Shown here piece after piece: positions 40,050-53,900 of a stretch of 64,000 nucleotides of DNA (the stretch's first letter is position 1; each line of letters begins with the position of its first letter). This stretch comes from Antedon mediterranea (taxonomy: Eukaryota; Animalia; Echinodermata). The DNA lies in assembly GCF_964355755.1 (NCBI RefSeq), contig NC_092677.1, positions 6,036,101 through 6,100,100 on the forward strand. The letters are read 5' to 3'. The translations under genes and the position numbers were made by a program. The notes beneath the pieces were generated by a model. The model did no database searches, was not told where the DNA came from, and saw nothing but the letters and a program-made list of their open reading frames with translations.

Positions 40050-40530
40050 ATTAATTATACACTTGGGAGACAATTTGGCGTTTCAATCTGATACTTGGGA
40101 GACAAATACTTTTGGGAGACATTTTGATGTCTCCCTAATGTTAACATACCGTAAAAAACACCGTCTGCTGTTGTAACTTAAGATTTGAAGCAGTCTTTCT
40201 ATTCAAGTACATGTCTAAACACTTAGAATAGTTGATTTTAGTCGTAGGGGTGTTTATTAATAAAATTAAACCCTATAAGAATAAAGGGGGTTATATGTCG
40301 TGTTGTATGTATATGACATTTGGTAGACATTCAGTATTTCTTGAATTTTCAACAAAAAACGGATTATATGTTTAGCAAATTAGTTTAGTAATGTTTCCTT
40401 AATGATTCTAAATCTGGAAAATTTGCTATACCTGAAATTTAAAATAAACATTGTATTTATTGAAGTTTAATTAAAACAACACCATCATCAGGCGAATTAA
40501 AACTTTGAATTCAAAGATCCCACTCCTCCA

Positions 40531-40630
40531 CGCATGCGCAGTGTGCATGCATCGGGCGGCGCGCGAAGCGAGAAGAGGATCGGCGGGAAGCGAGCCGTGG
40601 GGTGGTAGTGAAAAACTTTTTTGATGCTTG
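40531..40630 (+). promoter_or_regulatory. Candidate internal promoter and non-coding first exon of the YR gene
   Basis: NRF1-like cgcatgcgca at 40531-40540, a GC-rich patch, donor TTG|GTATGC at 40631, then a CTAG-rich tract as seen near the host gene 5' ends. Confidence 0.45.
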
Positions 40631-41084
40631 GTATGCATAAATTAACTACTAATATTTACTAGGCTAGTTTGAATAAAATAAAACAACTAACAACCAATAA
40701 TATACAGGTCTATTAAGGCTAGTGAGGCTAGGCCCGGGCCAGCGAGAGGGTCCCCTACAAACAAGTACCCTTATTCTATACGATACGTCGTCTAGGCCTA
40801 GCTAGAGGGCTAGGTAGGCCTAGGCCTAGCCTATTATGCCAAGTAGGCCTAGGGGAAGGTAGGTAGGCTAAGCCTAGGCTACTAGATAGGTAGGCCTATA
40901 GGGCTACTACTAGCTAGCGGGAGGGGCCTTATTAGTTAGGCCTTGCCCTGGCCTAGTCTAGCCTAAAAAGAGAGTAGCCTAGCCTAAGGCCTAGCTAGGC
41001 CTAGCCCTACTACTACGTTCTAGGCTAGGCCTAGCCTAGCTAGGCCTAGGCTGTATAATAATAAGCTTAGAAGGTTAGTTAAGG

Positions 41085-41120
41085 CATAGAGATATTATAG
41101 TTCACTATAATATCTCTATG
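41085..41120. mobile_element. 36-bp micro-MITE (16-bp perfect TIRs, 4-nt spacer, 7-bp TSD; P-element-like ends)
   Basis: catagagatattatag-ttca-ctataatatctctatg flanked by gttaagg on both sides (41078-41084 and 41121-41127). Confidence 0.7.
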
Positions 41121-41945
41121 GTTAAGGCCTCCTATGCCTACTAAAGGTTATAATATTATAGGCCCTCTAGGCCTAAACCTACAAAAATGTTGACATTTAC
41201 AATGTCAAATTCAAAAGGATGCCTAGCTCTAGGCCTAGGCTAGGCCTAGGAAGAGTTATAAAATACAACTCACTCTACTAAGAGCTAGGCCTACCTAGGT
41301 AGACCCATAGCCTACTAAGCCTAGAGTAGGCCTACCCTATGCCTAGGCTACTTTCTACTTCTACAGGCCTAAAGTAGCCTAGTAGTAGGTACTAGTCTAG
41401 GTTAACTTTTAGAGGGTTAGCCTATTTTTTAGGTAGCTATGCTTAGTACTCTAGTAGAAGTGGTAGGATATGAGCCAGGTTTTTCTGTGACTTTTTTTTA
41501 TGATTCTCATTCATATGGGATTATGGGGGCTATGAAGGCAGTACATAGGCAAGTACAGCACTTTGAAGTGCTGTAGGTCTTGTTTGTCTGTTAAAGATAG
41601 TCTTTAGGTTTACCATCTCATAAGTCATACCCTCTAAAAACTGATGTGCTTAGTAACCTATACTAGTACTACACAGACAAGCATATTATAAACTGTATAA
41701 ACTAAGTAAGCCTAAATCTACTTTAACCTTACGTTAAAATGACAGTCAATTCTCAGCTGTATCACAAATTTCATTTTCAATTTCAAATAATTTTCCCTCA
41801 AAACAGAAGTAATGTTATTAGCAAGTGTACTCACTCAATACTTGTGGTATACATTGTGTACAGTAAATAAGTGCATTTTGATTTTATAGCTATTCAAATT
41901 CTAGTTTTTTTTTAAACTCTAGGAAGGTAATCAATCCTGAAACCG

Positions 41946-44900
41946 ATGGCACTCTCTTTTGAAGATGTGTTTAGAGATTTAAAGAAATCGTAAGTACACA
42001 TAATATGAATTATATACACATAGGGTTGATACGAGGCCTAATTCAATTATTTCCATTAAGCTTATTGATTACGTTTGACTATCATCAAATCGTTGACTTT
42101 AATTGAACTTGACTCAAATTAATAAAACCCATGTCTGTCTGTCTGTCCGGGTTTATTGAAAGACTAGGGGTTGCACGATCTTCAAACTAATAAGTAACCC
42201 TGAGGATATAGGTGAGTATGAATCTGATAAATGATGTTTTAAATTACATTTGAAACTTGCTCTGGGGTAGGTATACTTACTGGTAGATAAAAAACATTAT
42301 TACTGTATTATTATACATTCCAGATGTGGCCAATTAAAAAAGTAGAGTTAGTTAATGTTTAAAAGTGACATTCAAAATGGTAAGGTTGCAAATCTACAAA
42401 TGCAAATATTTTCTGTACAATTAAATTCGGCTGACCTATGAATATATTAATCTAGTAATTTAGTTGAATGAGAATTTTACAACCATTTTCTGACTTGTAT
42501 ATTCTTTTTATTTCAGAGGTAGAATAAGGGATGACGACTCATCAAGTGATGAAGAAACGGCTACTATCTTGACTACCACGGAAATGTAAATATTTACCAA
42601 ATTGAATTGCTCAGTTTGTAATTTTTAATTTGCATTTCATTGTATAGCCCATTTTTCTAAAAAGTTAAGCTCTTTTTCAATGTTGAATTATAAGAATTTT
42701 CTTGATTTTTGATTGTAAACACTAGGAAGACATGATGATCGTTGTTCTTCCAAACCGCTTTCAGAAAATGATTATCAAAGTTATTAGAAATACTTATATT
42801 TTTAAATAAGCAATAGAACGAAAAGTTATTGTAGTAGACTAAACACCTTTGTTAGCAATGTTGAGTACAAAATTGTGTAGTATTTTGATAAGTATTTTCT
42901 GTTAATTTCAGTGGTACAATAAGGAGTGGCAACTCATACAGTGAAGATAATTCAAACAAAACTACTTTCTTACCAACAAAAAAAATGTAAATATTTGCCA
43001 AATTAAATTGCTATTTAACATGATGCACTTGTAATTTTTAATCATGTATCTTGGAATAGTCTATTTTTCAAAAGGGACTAGGAATATTTATATTTTTTAA
43101 TAAGCAATAGAACGAAGAGTTATTGTAGTAGACTAAACACTTTTGTCAGCAATTGAAAATTGTCTAGTATTAATTATAAATTTTTTTGTTTCAGTGCTAC
43201 TGACTGTAACAAAACGTTGTTCACCAAAAAAACGTAAATATTTATTTAATTGAATGTCCATAATAAAACTGCTGATACTTTTGTTAATTGTAAACTCAGA
43301 TTGGTGGTACATAATGTTGGATGTCACTATCTCTAATAGTTTATGAGTATATTTCACTATATGTTATTTGTAAATGTTGCTACCATCCTACTGTATACTG
43401 TCATTGGGTTTAAAAATGTATATTTTTATATTATAAATTGCTAATTTTTTATTTAGATTGCGACCAGTAAAGACAGCATATGACATATTAGATGGTCTTA
43501 CATTCTGTGGTCTAAGAATTGTACGTATTTATTAACTCTTATCAAAATTAAATTATTACAGAAAACTACTGTATTTATATATATGCATAAGCAGAAATTC
43601 ATAAACGATGCCATTGTCATAAATGTCCTGATTTATTCATTTTTTTAGCCAAGATCAGATACTAAGAATAATGGTATGCAATCTGAAATTTGTATTTCAT
43701 TTTTCAATTTAGGTTCAGTTTTGTTTTCATGTCCAAAATGTTTTAAATGTTTTTTTTTTTGTGTTGATATGTTGATATTTAATAGTAACTTGAATAGTGT
43801 ATTTTTTCTTTATGATGTTAATTAAAAATAAGTATTGTTTGACTATTTTGACATCATTGGGAAATAAGATATAATTTTAAATATTGAATTTTGGTGTTTT
43901 CTTAGACATTGGTACAAACTATGGGGAAGAAGAAGAAGAAGGAACTGTAAGTATTATACCAGCATAGACTAAAATGCTTTGAAAGCTAACCTCGCCCAAA
44001 TTTTTATATGAAAAGTGTGTATCATTGTAACTGTGAAACATCCCTCAACGTCTTTTCTAATTAGTATAAAAATAGTATTTTTATGTCTTTTTTTTTTAAT
44101 AGGTATCTTATGTGGACACTTCCTATAGGCCAGATGATTCAATATCTGAAACTAGTGATGAAGTAGGTGTTATACTTTTAATGTTAATTTTGAAATCGTA
44201 TTTTGAAACTTTTAATGTTATAAAACAAATATTTACTGGGCTTTCATCGGGTAACGGTTACAAATATAGCCCTCGACTTCGTCTCAGGATATAGCATAGT
44301 CTCCAGATCACCTTGGTCTATATTTTTAACCATGCCCCTCAGTCCAGTAAATATTTGTATAACATACAACGTAATGTATTGCCTAGGCCAAAACTACTAC
44401 TTATCTATCTAGCGAACCATTTGTAAGAAGCGAAATACCCCCTATCCCAATATTCTCATATTATAACGCCTTATAAAATACTGTATTGTTATGAATATTA
44501 TACCAGCATAGACCTAGTGGGTTTAAAATGTTTCTAAAATGCTTTGAAAACTAGGCATGCTATGGCTGCTAAGCTAGTCCCTGCCTAAAAGAATAGTAAC
44601 TGACGGCAGTGCCAAATAATAATTTTAATACTACGTATGTTGGTTAAAACTTAGTATTATTAGGTATCCCAATGAAAAAATTCAGATTAATTTTTTTAAA
44701 TTTCCTTTAAGTTAACCATAAAGAACTTAATGTAATTAGCATTTTGCAATTTAAATGATTGAAATCCGATTACCCGTTCTAAAGTTATGGTTATTTAAAG
44801 TGGTAAAAAAATATACGATTTTTTGCCTAAAAATGGTGTTTTTTGCAGTTGAAATTGGAAGCATTTTTAAAAGGTTATAACTTTTACAATAATTAGTTAA

Positions 44901-47900
44901 AAGTTTTGAATTTTGTTAAACCTATAGATATCACAGAGTTGTACAACTCTATTTTTTTTGGAGCCTCAACGAAACCTATTTTTTAAATTATTGGTCCGCA
45001 AAGTGGTAGGAAAGCATTTAACGCCCATTTTTGCTGGAATTCCCTAAAAAATGAAAAAACTGCAATTTTTCAATGATCTGTAACTTTTGAACTACGGTAC
45101 TAATTCATTTAATTTTTTTTGTACTTGTTAGAATGTAGTGTATATTTCATTAATAAATATATTTTAGATGTGTATTTGAAAAAAAAAAATTTTTAATGGT
45201 AAAATTTAAAATTATAAAAAAAAAAAAATGAAAAAGTATGTTAAAAACGGTGTGTACTGTTTCCTTTCTTTTACACTAATTTTCGGTAAGTATAATTATT
45301 AGAATATTTTAATATACTTTATATTTATAATTTCAATCATAAATACTATTATATATAACTTTTGAATACGTAAAACAAGATTTTAGGCCCATATGATTAT
45401 GACACCAAATCTAAGCCGGGCTGCTAAGTAAGATATGCTCTTTTAAGGCAAACGCACAATATGGGTCAAAATAAACTCATTTAAACTAATCAATGTTAAG
45501 TAAAACAATTAATTGTTTACCTGAATAGTATATATAACATTATAAAAATTGTTTTCTTTTCGTATTATTACGTTATTAAATTGAAATACGGAGCTAAAGT
45601 TTAGGCCAAGTCACGGCTTACTCGCGATCAGTAGTCGCTCCCGTTAAAGTATTTCGGTCGCAGTTAATGACTTTCGGCCGCCGTATACAGAGTCAAATGT
45701 AACGTTGGTAAATTAGCTTAATAAATTTTCTCGGTACATTTTAACCTAACGCATTTGCATTGTATACTTGCATAATAAATCTTCCGCACATTACATCAAT
45801 TTTAAGTTGTTAAATTAATGTGTAAAACCAGATATTCTACGACGGAAAAGGACATGTCAATCTCCGACATCGCTGCTGTCACACATCTCGCGTCGAGCCG
45901 ATCGAACTCGAGCGAGGAAAACTAAACAACGTGTTCAAAATATGGAACGTACCATTCGCTGATAGGGTGCATTAATGTATTTAACAGAAAACGCCACAAC
46001 AAACACGCGCGTATTTTAGAGTACAATATTTTACTCACTACAATATTCACCGGATTATAATGGTTGGATCTTTAAAATTTTTGAACGGGATTTACGCCTC
46101 ATGCACCATTTTAAAATGTAGTTCGCACAATTACCATGCACAATACGTTTGTAAACTATGTTTTATCAATTTCAATGTAGATTTAGCTATAATTTAATAC
46201 CAAAATCCATAATATTTTTCCATAAACGGTGAATCAAAATTGGATTTTTGTCACAAAAATTGACTTTTCGTTACAAAAAACCTATTTATAGAAGACGATT
46301 TTCGTATCAAATTAAAGCTTATTTAAAGCCTGATAACATACAACAAAAATTAATCCGCTAGCTCCAATGGTAATCGTGCGATCGTGTTTTGAAAACTGAT
46401 GGGGATTTTCCGATGAGGTTTTCAACGCGCGGAAATCGGCTCGACGGGATTTTAGAACCGTTTTAAAATCGCATTTTCTCGGCAACTAATTCATTAATTT
46501 TAATTATAAACACACTTATACATAGATTAAAACAAGTACTTTCAAACAATATAAATTTTGTAAGTATTAATTAAGATTGAATACGATTTATTTAACATCA
46601 AAGTCATACTACTTTTTCGAATTTCGTCAATATTTCAAAAGTGATATAGGCTATGGGGCATGGCCTTCTATCGTTTCATTTCGTGATCCCCTATCGGGGG
46701 GGAGAATAAAATTGCTATGACAATTATAACAAAAATATAGATAATCTTAAACTGGCCGGTCCCGGTTGTAAATTTTACGCGTCAACGAAATATGTTTGTT
46801 TTTATATGTATTTTATTGTGATATAGAAGATTTTTGTAGGTCAGTACAGGTCGCACAATTGACCAATCAAAAAATTTGTCTTTTAACTCATGAAGCTGTG
46901 CAACAGTAACTGTCCAATCAGATTCCCTTACACAGCGGGATACGGCTACTAGACGATCGTAAACAAACATGTGTTGTTCTTCTGGAGCGCGGAGCAGGAA
47001 GATGTCATCTTCTGATGATCAAAAACGTTGTTATTGACACAATACATCTAATTCTGGGACAATATTAACATTCACAGAAACCAAATGGAAAACTTTTTTA
47101 ATGTGTACAAAAAGTTGGTGCAATCTAAGCGGCAATCAAAAGGAGTTTTGTAGCCGCAAATCCTTTTGAAAATATTGAGAGGAGCTTACCAATACTTGTT
47201 ACCAATTCCTGGCGACGCTGGATGTCATAAAAAGATGCTATCAATATTTCACTGATTGTAGCAAACAAAGGCGAGCAGTAAAATATGAAATAGAGGATGT
47301 TAATTCATCCAACAATGAAGAAGGTAAATTCTATTTGTTTTAATGATAGGTCTAGTCTAGCCTAGGCTAGGCCCCTACTAGGCCTAGTAATTAGTTCATA
47401 TCATACTGCCTTGCTAAAAAAAGCCTAGCTAGGTAGGTTGGCGGTGGGTAGTCTACAAAGTTTATTTTTTTAATATGTATTAAGCCTACGTAGAGTAGGC
47501 TAGGCCTAGTATATAATTTTTTTTAAATATCTGGGCCAACAAAAAATGAACCCATAATTACAATATGAATTAGGCCTAGCTAGGGTGGCCCCAGTATTAT
47601 TGTGTAGTGGACCTAGTTTGATGGTACCTCCATCTTGGGAAAAAACATTTGCATTTTATTATTCAATGTGGTAATGCATGCAAACCTTGGCAAGTAGCCT
47701 CAGGCAAGGACAGAATGGACCAACCTGATGCTTTATGTTGTTATTTGAGACATATTATTTGAATTCTTGTACTGCAATATTAAATAGTGTATAGATGATA
47801 CTGAACTGATTATATTATTATATTTATTACACAAACATTTAGAATCATAAATATTAATTAGTATTCTTTTTTTTTACAGAAGAATTTCAAGGATTAGAGT

Positions 47901-50900
47901 CAACAGAAGAGTTACTAAACGAAGGAGAGTTCTGCGATCACATGTAGCAATTACACAAACTGCATAAAAAATGCTGAACGAAGTCGAAGAGTAGCCATCG
48001 GCTCACAAACAATTAAAATACCAAAAGCCGAACAGCAAATTCCAGAACAGTTGAAAACATTTTTATCTGCTAATCAAGTTCTTCTTTCAAATATGAAGCA
48101 TGTGTGAAGCAGATCACCTCAAGGGAATAAATGTATTCATAACATCATCATTATTATGCCATTCTATTTCAGAATCAAATGGAAAAGTTTTAATCAAGAA
48201 GAGGCAGACACCAGAATGTTTCTGTATGCGAAGTATGCTGCACACCATGGTGGTAAAGATATTGTTACAATCAGCCCTGACACTGATGATGTTTTTATTA
48301 TTGGATTGGCATTTTGCAAAAGTCTGCATGGCTCTCACCTATATTTCAATACTGGAAAAGATGCTAATCTCCGAACAATTCATCTGCAGGCTATTCAGGA
48401 ACATATTGGAAATGATGTTTCAAATGCATTAATTAGACTACATTGCTTCACAGGATGCGATTCAGTCAGCGCTTTTTTTGGGAACGGTAAAGTGAAGGCA
48501 ATGAAACTCGTAATGGAAAACTCTAATTTATGCATTCTTTTCATTGGGCAATTCTACCAGCAAACTTTCAGATGAATTACTTTGTGATCTAGAAACATTT
48601 GTATGTAGGCTGTACAGTATTGTCACAAGAACCAATCTGTCAATGAAGTAAGGTATGCAATGTTCTCAATGAATGTAAGAGCTGAAAATATGATGCCACA
48701 CAATAAAGATACTGTATATAAACATATTCAGCATGCCAATTCTCAAGCTTCAATTCACAAAGCTAGTTTTATTCAACAACAAAATGCTCCATCTCCTGTT
48801 GGAAATGGGTGGAAGATGGCCGATAATAAACTCGTAATTGACTGGATGGAGAAGCAACCTGCTCTACACAGCATTCTCGAATTGTCATCCTGGTCATGTA
48901 AAAAGTCAAAATGCAATGAAAGGGTTGCAAATGAAAAATGCTGTGTATCCTTAGGATTCTCTTGTACAGAATTATGCTCGTGCAAAAACTGTAACAATCT
49001 TCTTCATACATCAGATGTTTGAAATTGATGGAGATGATAGCGATGATGAGGAAGAGTTTGAGCAGGAAGAACTTTTTAGTGTAGTTTAAGTGTAATTTAT
49101 GGTTTACAAATGTTCATTTTACTTGGTCTAAATGATTTTAATGTAATAGGCCTATAATATGTAAATTTATATTAAACTATTTTGTAACGTAACGGATGAA
49201 CCATGAGAAAGTATAAAATAAAGAACCCATGAGATGATAAGCGATATTAAGACACAGGAGTATTATAAGAAACTTTCTACTTTGATGCTTACAATACATT
49301 AATATGCCTCTAAAATGTAAATTTATATTAAACTATTTTGTAACTTAACTATTTTGTAACGTAACGGATGAACCATGAGAAAGTATAAAATAAAGAACCC
49401 ATGAGATGATAAGTGATATTAAGACACAGGAGTATTAATAAGAAACTTTCTACTTTGATGCTTACAATACATTAATATGCCTATAAAATGTAAATTTATA
49501 TTAAACTATTTTGTAACTTAACTATTTTGTAACGTAACGGATGAACCATGAGAAAGTATAAAATAAAGAACCCATGAGATGATAAGTGATATTAAGACAC
49601 AGGAGTATTAATAAGAAACTTTCTACTTTGATGCTTACAATACATTAATATGCCTATAAAATGTAAATTTATATTAAACTATTTTGTAACTTAACTATTT
49701 TGTAACGTAACGGATGAACCATGAGAAAGTATAAAATAAAGAACCCATGAGATGATAAGCAATATTAAGGAACAGGAGTATTATAAGAAACTTTGCTGTA
49801 ATAATTTCATTTATTTGTTACTAATTGATTACAATTCTATGTTATACATCTACAATGAAAACAATAATGCAACATTTGATTTATTACTAATTGATTATAA
49901 TTCTATGTTATGCATCCAATGAAAACAAAAAGTTGCAATTATATAGGAGAGATAATATTAATAAATATTTTGTGACAGCATAGTCATGAATTATAAAGAT
50001 TGAAAATGCATCTTCTTTTCAGTGTGCTTAAATAAATATTAATTAAGGTTTACTAACAGATACATTTCTTACAAGGACTACAATATTAATCTCAAAATTA
50101 TGATAAAAATATTGCATGTTAAATGTCAAAGAAAGATACAGTATAAGTTATTCCAATGGAACGATTGTATTTTATCCAGTACTAACACTAACAGAAAATA
50201 TACAAAATAGAGGGCGCTATTTCTATGTATTTCTTTATGTTGAGAAATTCGATTTTTTTACACCTAAAATTACACTTATTGCGTAACTTTTGAAAGCGGG
50301 ACCGGCTGAATTTGTGTTAATCTAATTATTAACTATAAACTGTGTGAATATCTTCCTCCCCCCCGTTAGGAGATCACGAAATTCGTTTTCTAGGCCTCTT
50401 TTTGGCTCATGCCCCATAGCCTAATACCCCTCTGTGCGCTTTCATTGGGATACCTAGTATTATGGTTTTGCTACAATTATTTGAGTGTATGTTAAAAAAA
50501 CTTATGGACGAAAAACGCTCCATTACAAAAATACAAAAGGCAAAATGTTTGGAATCATGAAATTGGAAAAATTTAGTACCATGAAAATAAAATATTTTAC
50601 AGTATATCATTGTAACTGTATGGAACATCCCTCAATGTATTTTCCAATTAGTATACAAATAGTATTTTTATATTTTTCCTTTTGAATAGGCATCTGATGT
50701 GGACACTTCCTATAGGCCAGACGATTCAATATCTGAAACTCGTGATGAAGTAAGTGTTTTACTTTTTATGTTTATTTTGAAATTGTATTTTGAAACTTTT
50801 AATTTTATAAAACAAATATTTACTGGGCTTCAATATAGCCCTCGACTTCGTTTCAGGATATAGCATAGTCTGCAGATCACCTTGGTCTATATTTTTAACC

Positions 50901-53900
50901 ATGCCCCTCAGTCCAGTAAATATTTGTATAACATACAACGTAATGTATTGCCTAGGCCAAAACTACTACTTATCTATCTAGCGAACCATTTGTAAGAAGC
51001 GAAATACCCCCTATCCCAATATGCTCATATTATAACGCCTTATAAAATACTGTATTGTTATGAATATTATACCAGCATGGGTTTAAAATGTTGCTAAAAT
51101 GCTTTGAAAACTAGGCATGCTATGGCTGCTAAGCTAGTCCCTGCCTAAAAGAATAGTAACTGACGGCAGTGCCAAATAATAATTTTAATACTAAGTGTGT
51201 TGGTTAAAACTTAGTATTATGGTTTTGCTACAATTATTTGAGTGTATGTTAAAAAAACTTATGGACGAAAAACGCTCCATTACAAAAATAAAAAGGCAAA
51301 ATGTTGAAAATAAAATATTTTACAGTATATCATTGTAACTGTATGGAACATCCCTCAATGTATTTTCCAATTAGTATACAAATAGTATTTTTATTTTTTT
51401 CCTTTTGAATAGGCATCTGATGTGGACACTTCCTATAGGCCAGACGATTCAATATCTGAAACTAGTGATGAAGTAAGTGTTTTACTTTTTATGTTTCTTT
51501 TGAAATTGTATTTTGAAACTTTTAATTTTATAAAACAAATATTTACTGGGCTTTCATCGGGTAACGGTTACAAATATACCGTATGTGTTAAACCAAGGGC
51601 TCATAAATTTACCTACTTGTGTTAAACCAAACTCTGGCAGACTGAGAGATTGGGATGTTCCATTCATCGCAAATCAATACATTTGTATAATCGTATATTA
51701 AATCTATCAAAATAGTATTTTTTAAAGAAAATCGGCCTGTCTTCAACATTATGATGCTGTACTCTAGCTGTTCAACCAGTTTTCAGCTATTAAAAACAAT
51801 TATCGTAGGAGGAGATAGGAAAATGCGAAGCCTCTTCGCATTTTTGTGGCGGGTATTTTTCAAGATGGACATCCATTAGACAGTGTATACCACGATCGGA
51901 AAACACCCTTATTTGGGGCAAATCGTTGAACCTAAATTTGTTTTAATCGTCAATAACTAATTATCTAACTTAATTTAATTAGTAAACAGGGTTACATCAG
52001 GTGGTGAAAATCAGTACCGAAAGTACGAACCAACTTTATATACCATCGAGTAAAAATTCTAGAAGTAAGGCGCGATTTACCGAATTTTGCCCTTACGTAA
52101 ATTTATATATAGATTATAGAAATAATTATCACTAAATCAAACAATATTTGTCCAAAAAAGCCACTCTACATTCTTAGACAAAGTTATCATGTTTTTTTCC
52201 ATAGGAAACAGAAATTCCAGAGGTTGAAGAAGTAGTAGTGAGTAATTTAATTCCATATTATTTAGCAGTAGCAACCTTTTCTCACAAGACATTAATATCA
52301 TACCCATACCTTTTTTTTTCTGTATGAAGGGAATTGTCAATATTTGTATATGAAAGCTTATGCAAAACCAGTAAACATATACCCTTTACTTTACTGCTTG
52401 TGAAAATCGTGAAATTCAAGTAAAAGTTTTTTGCCATTAAAATCACAAATGTATAAATTTTAGTGTGTAACCTTATTTTAGGTCGATGTAAATAATTGTC
52501 ACTAAAACATTGATATTTATGCTTTAGGCCTATATTATACAACGTAATGTATTGCCTAGGCCCAAACTACTACTTCTTTATCTAGCTCGATCGAAGCTGC
52601 TTGTTAATGTTTAAACTGATCTATAACTATATTATTAACTTAATTTATTTGAAATAAATATATTTATATATTACTATCTAAAAGTTTAGGCTAAAATTAT
52701 TTTTTTCTTTATCATAGGATCCTGAAATAAAAAAAAAAAAAAAAAATCAAAAAAATTAAGGAAACCAGCACGTTTGTGTCCATTCTGTAAAAAGTATTAT
52801 CGGGAAAAACTAACAAGACACATTAAAACAGTACACAATGACAACCAAAGAGTAAAAGATGCTCTTAAATTTCCAAAGCGAGAAATGCAAAAACAGTTCG
52901 ACCTAATGAGAAAAGAGGGTATATATATTGTAAATAATGGTGAAATGAAGAAGAATGATCCAAAGTACGAACAAGAAAGAAGAACCACAAGTAAGAAGCC
53001 ACCTGTAATGTGTGGGCTTTGTAAGGGATTTTACAACCGGGCATCGTTTAGCCGGCACAAGGTTAAGTGTCGGGGTAAAACTAGTGCTAACTGCGACCAC
53101 ATTCCGATGAGTGGAATTAGTTGTGATCTGTCTGCCTTTAATGTTGAAATTCTCAATCGTTTTAGGACCGATGAAGTTGGTGAGATTTGCAGAACTGATT
53201 TAACATTAATAAATATCGGGAAAAAATTTTGGGACAAAAAGAAAAACAAAAAAGACAAGAAGCTAGAGGGTCGGAAATCTGTAATGTCTGACATGAGGAG
53301 GTTGGCGACATTATATAACTTCTTTAAAAAACATCTAGTTAATAAAACCCAATGTGATCTAAAAGGTGACATTAGTGACATGTTTAAAAGAAAGCATTTT
53401 ACCTCCCTAGTTGAGGCTATCGATGAGTACACTACCGACGAGGTAACTACATCTCTAAAAGCTGGTCTGAAGTCTGGTTTATACTACTTGATTAGAAGAG
53501 CATGCTTGATTATCAAAGGCACTCATCTTGAACAAGAAAGAGATACTGATGCTTCAGAAGTTGACAAATTCCTAGATGTCCTTAAGTTGAATGAAGATTT
53601 TGTTTTTGGAGATGCTTCCTACCAACAGAATCAGAACAGACAAAAGAATTTGCGAAAACCTACAGTGTTACCCTTAGAAAATGATGTGCAAAAACTCAGA
53701 GAGTACACTTTAAATCAAATTACAACCATGATAAATGACCCATATATGATATGGGATTCACATAATTTCAGAAAATTACGAGATTTAACCGTTTCAAGAT
53801 TGACACTTTACAATGCTCGACGTGGTGGGGAGCCATGCCGTTTAGTGATAGAGGAGTGGCAAGAAGCCAAAAACAACACATGGGTTGATAAATATCATGC

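Larger units (their letters stand above)
46647..50423 (+). mobile_element. AcademX-like DNA transposon, internally deleted
   Basis: 16-bp perfect TIR TAGGCTATGGGGCATG with longer imperfect extension, 3-bp TSD ATA (46644-46646 and 50424-50426), and a remnant XPG/PIN nuclease plus Cys-rich finger. Confidence 0.8.
44661..50456. mobile_element. Unclassified TIR element (17-bp perfect TIR TAGGTATCCCAATGAAA, 7-bp TSD gtattat); about 2 kb after removing the nested Academ
   Basis: TIRs at 44661-44677 and 50440-50456. The paralogous tandem unit at ~51211 shows the empty site ttagtattatggttttg. Confidence 0.85.

Noticed and set aside
52797-53432. Minus-strand ORFs overlapping the recombinase
   Set aside because: Antisense shadows with no recognisable motifs.
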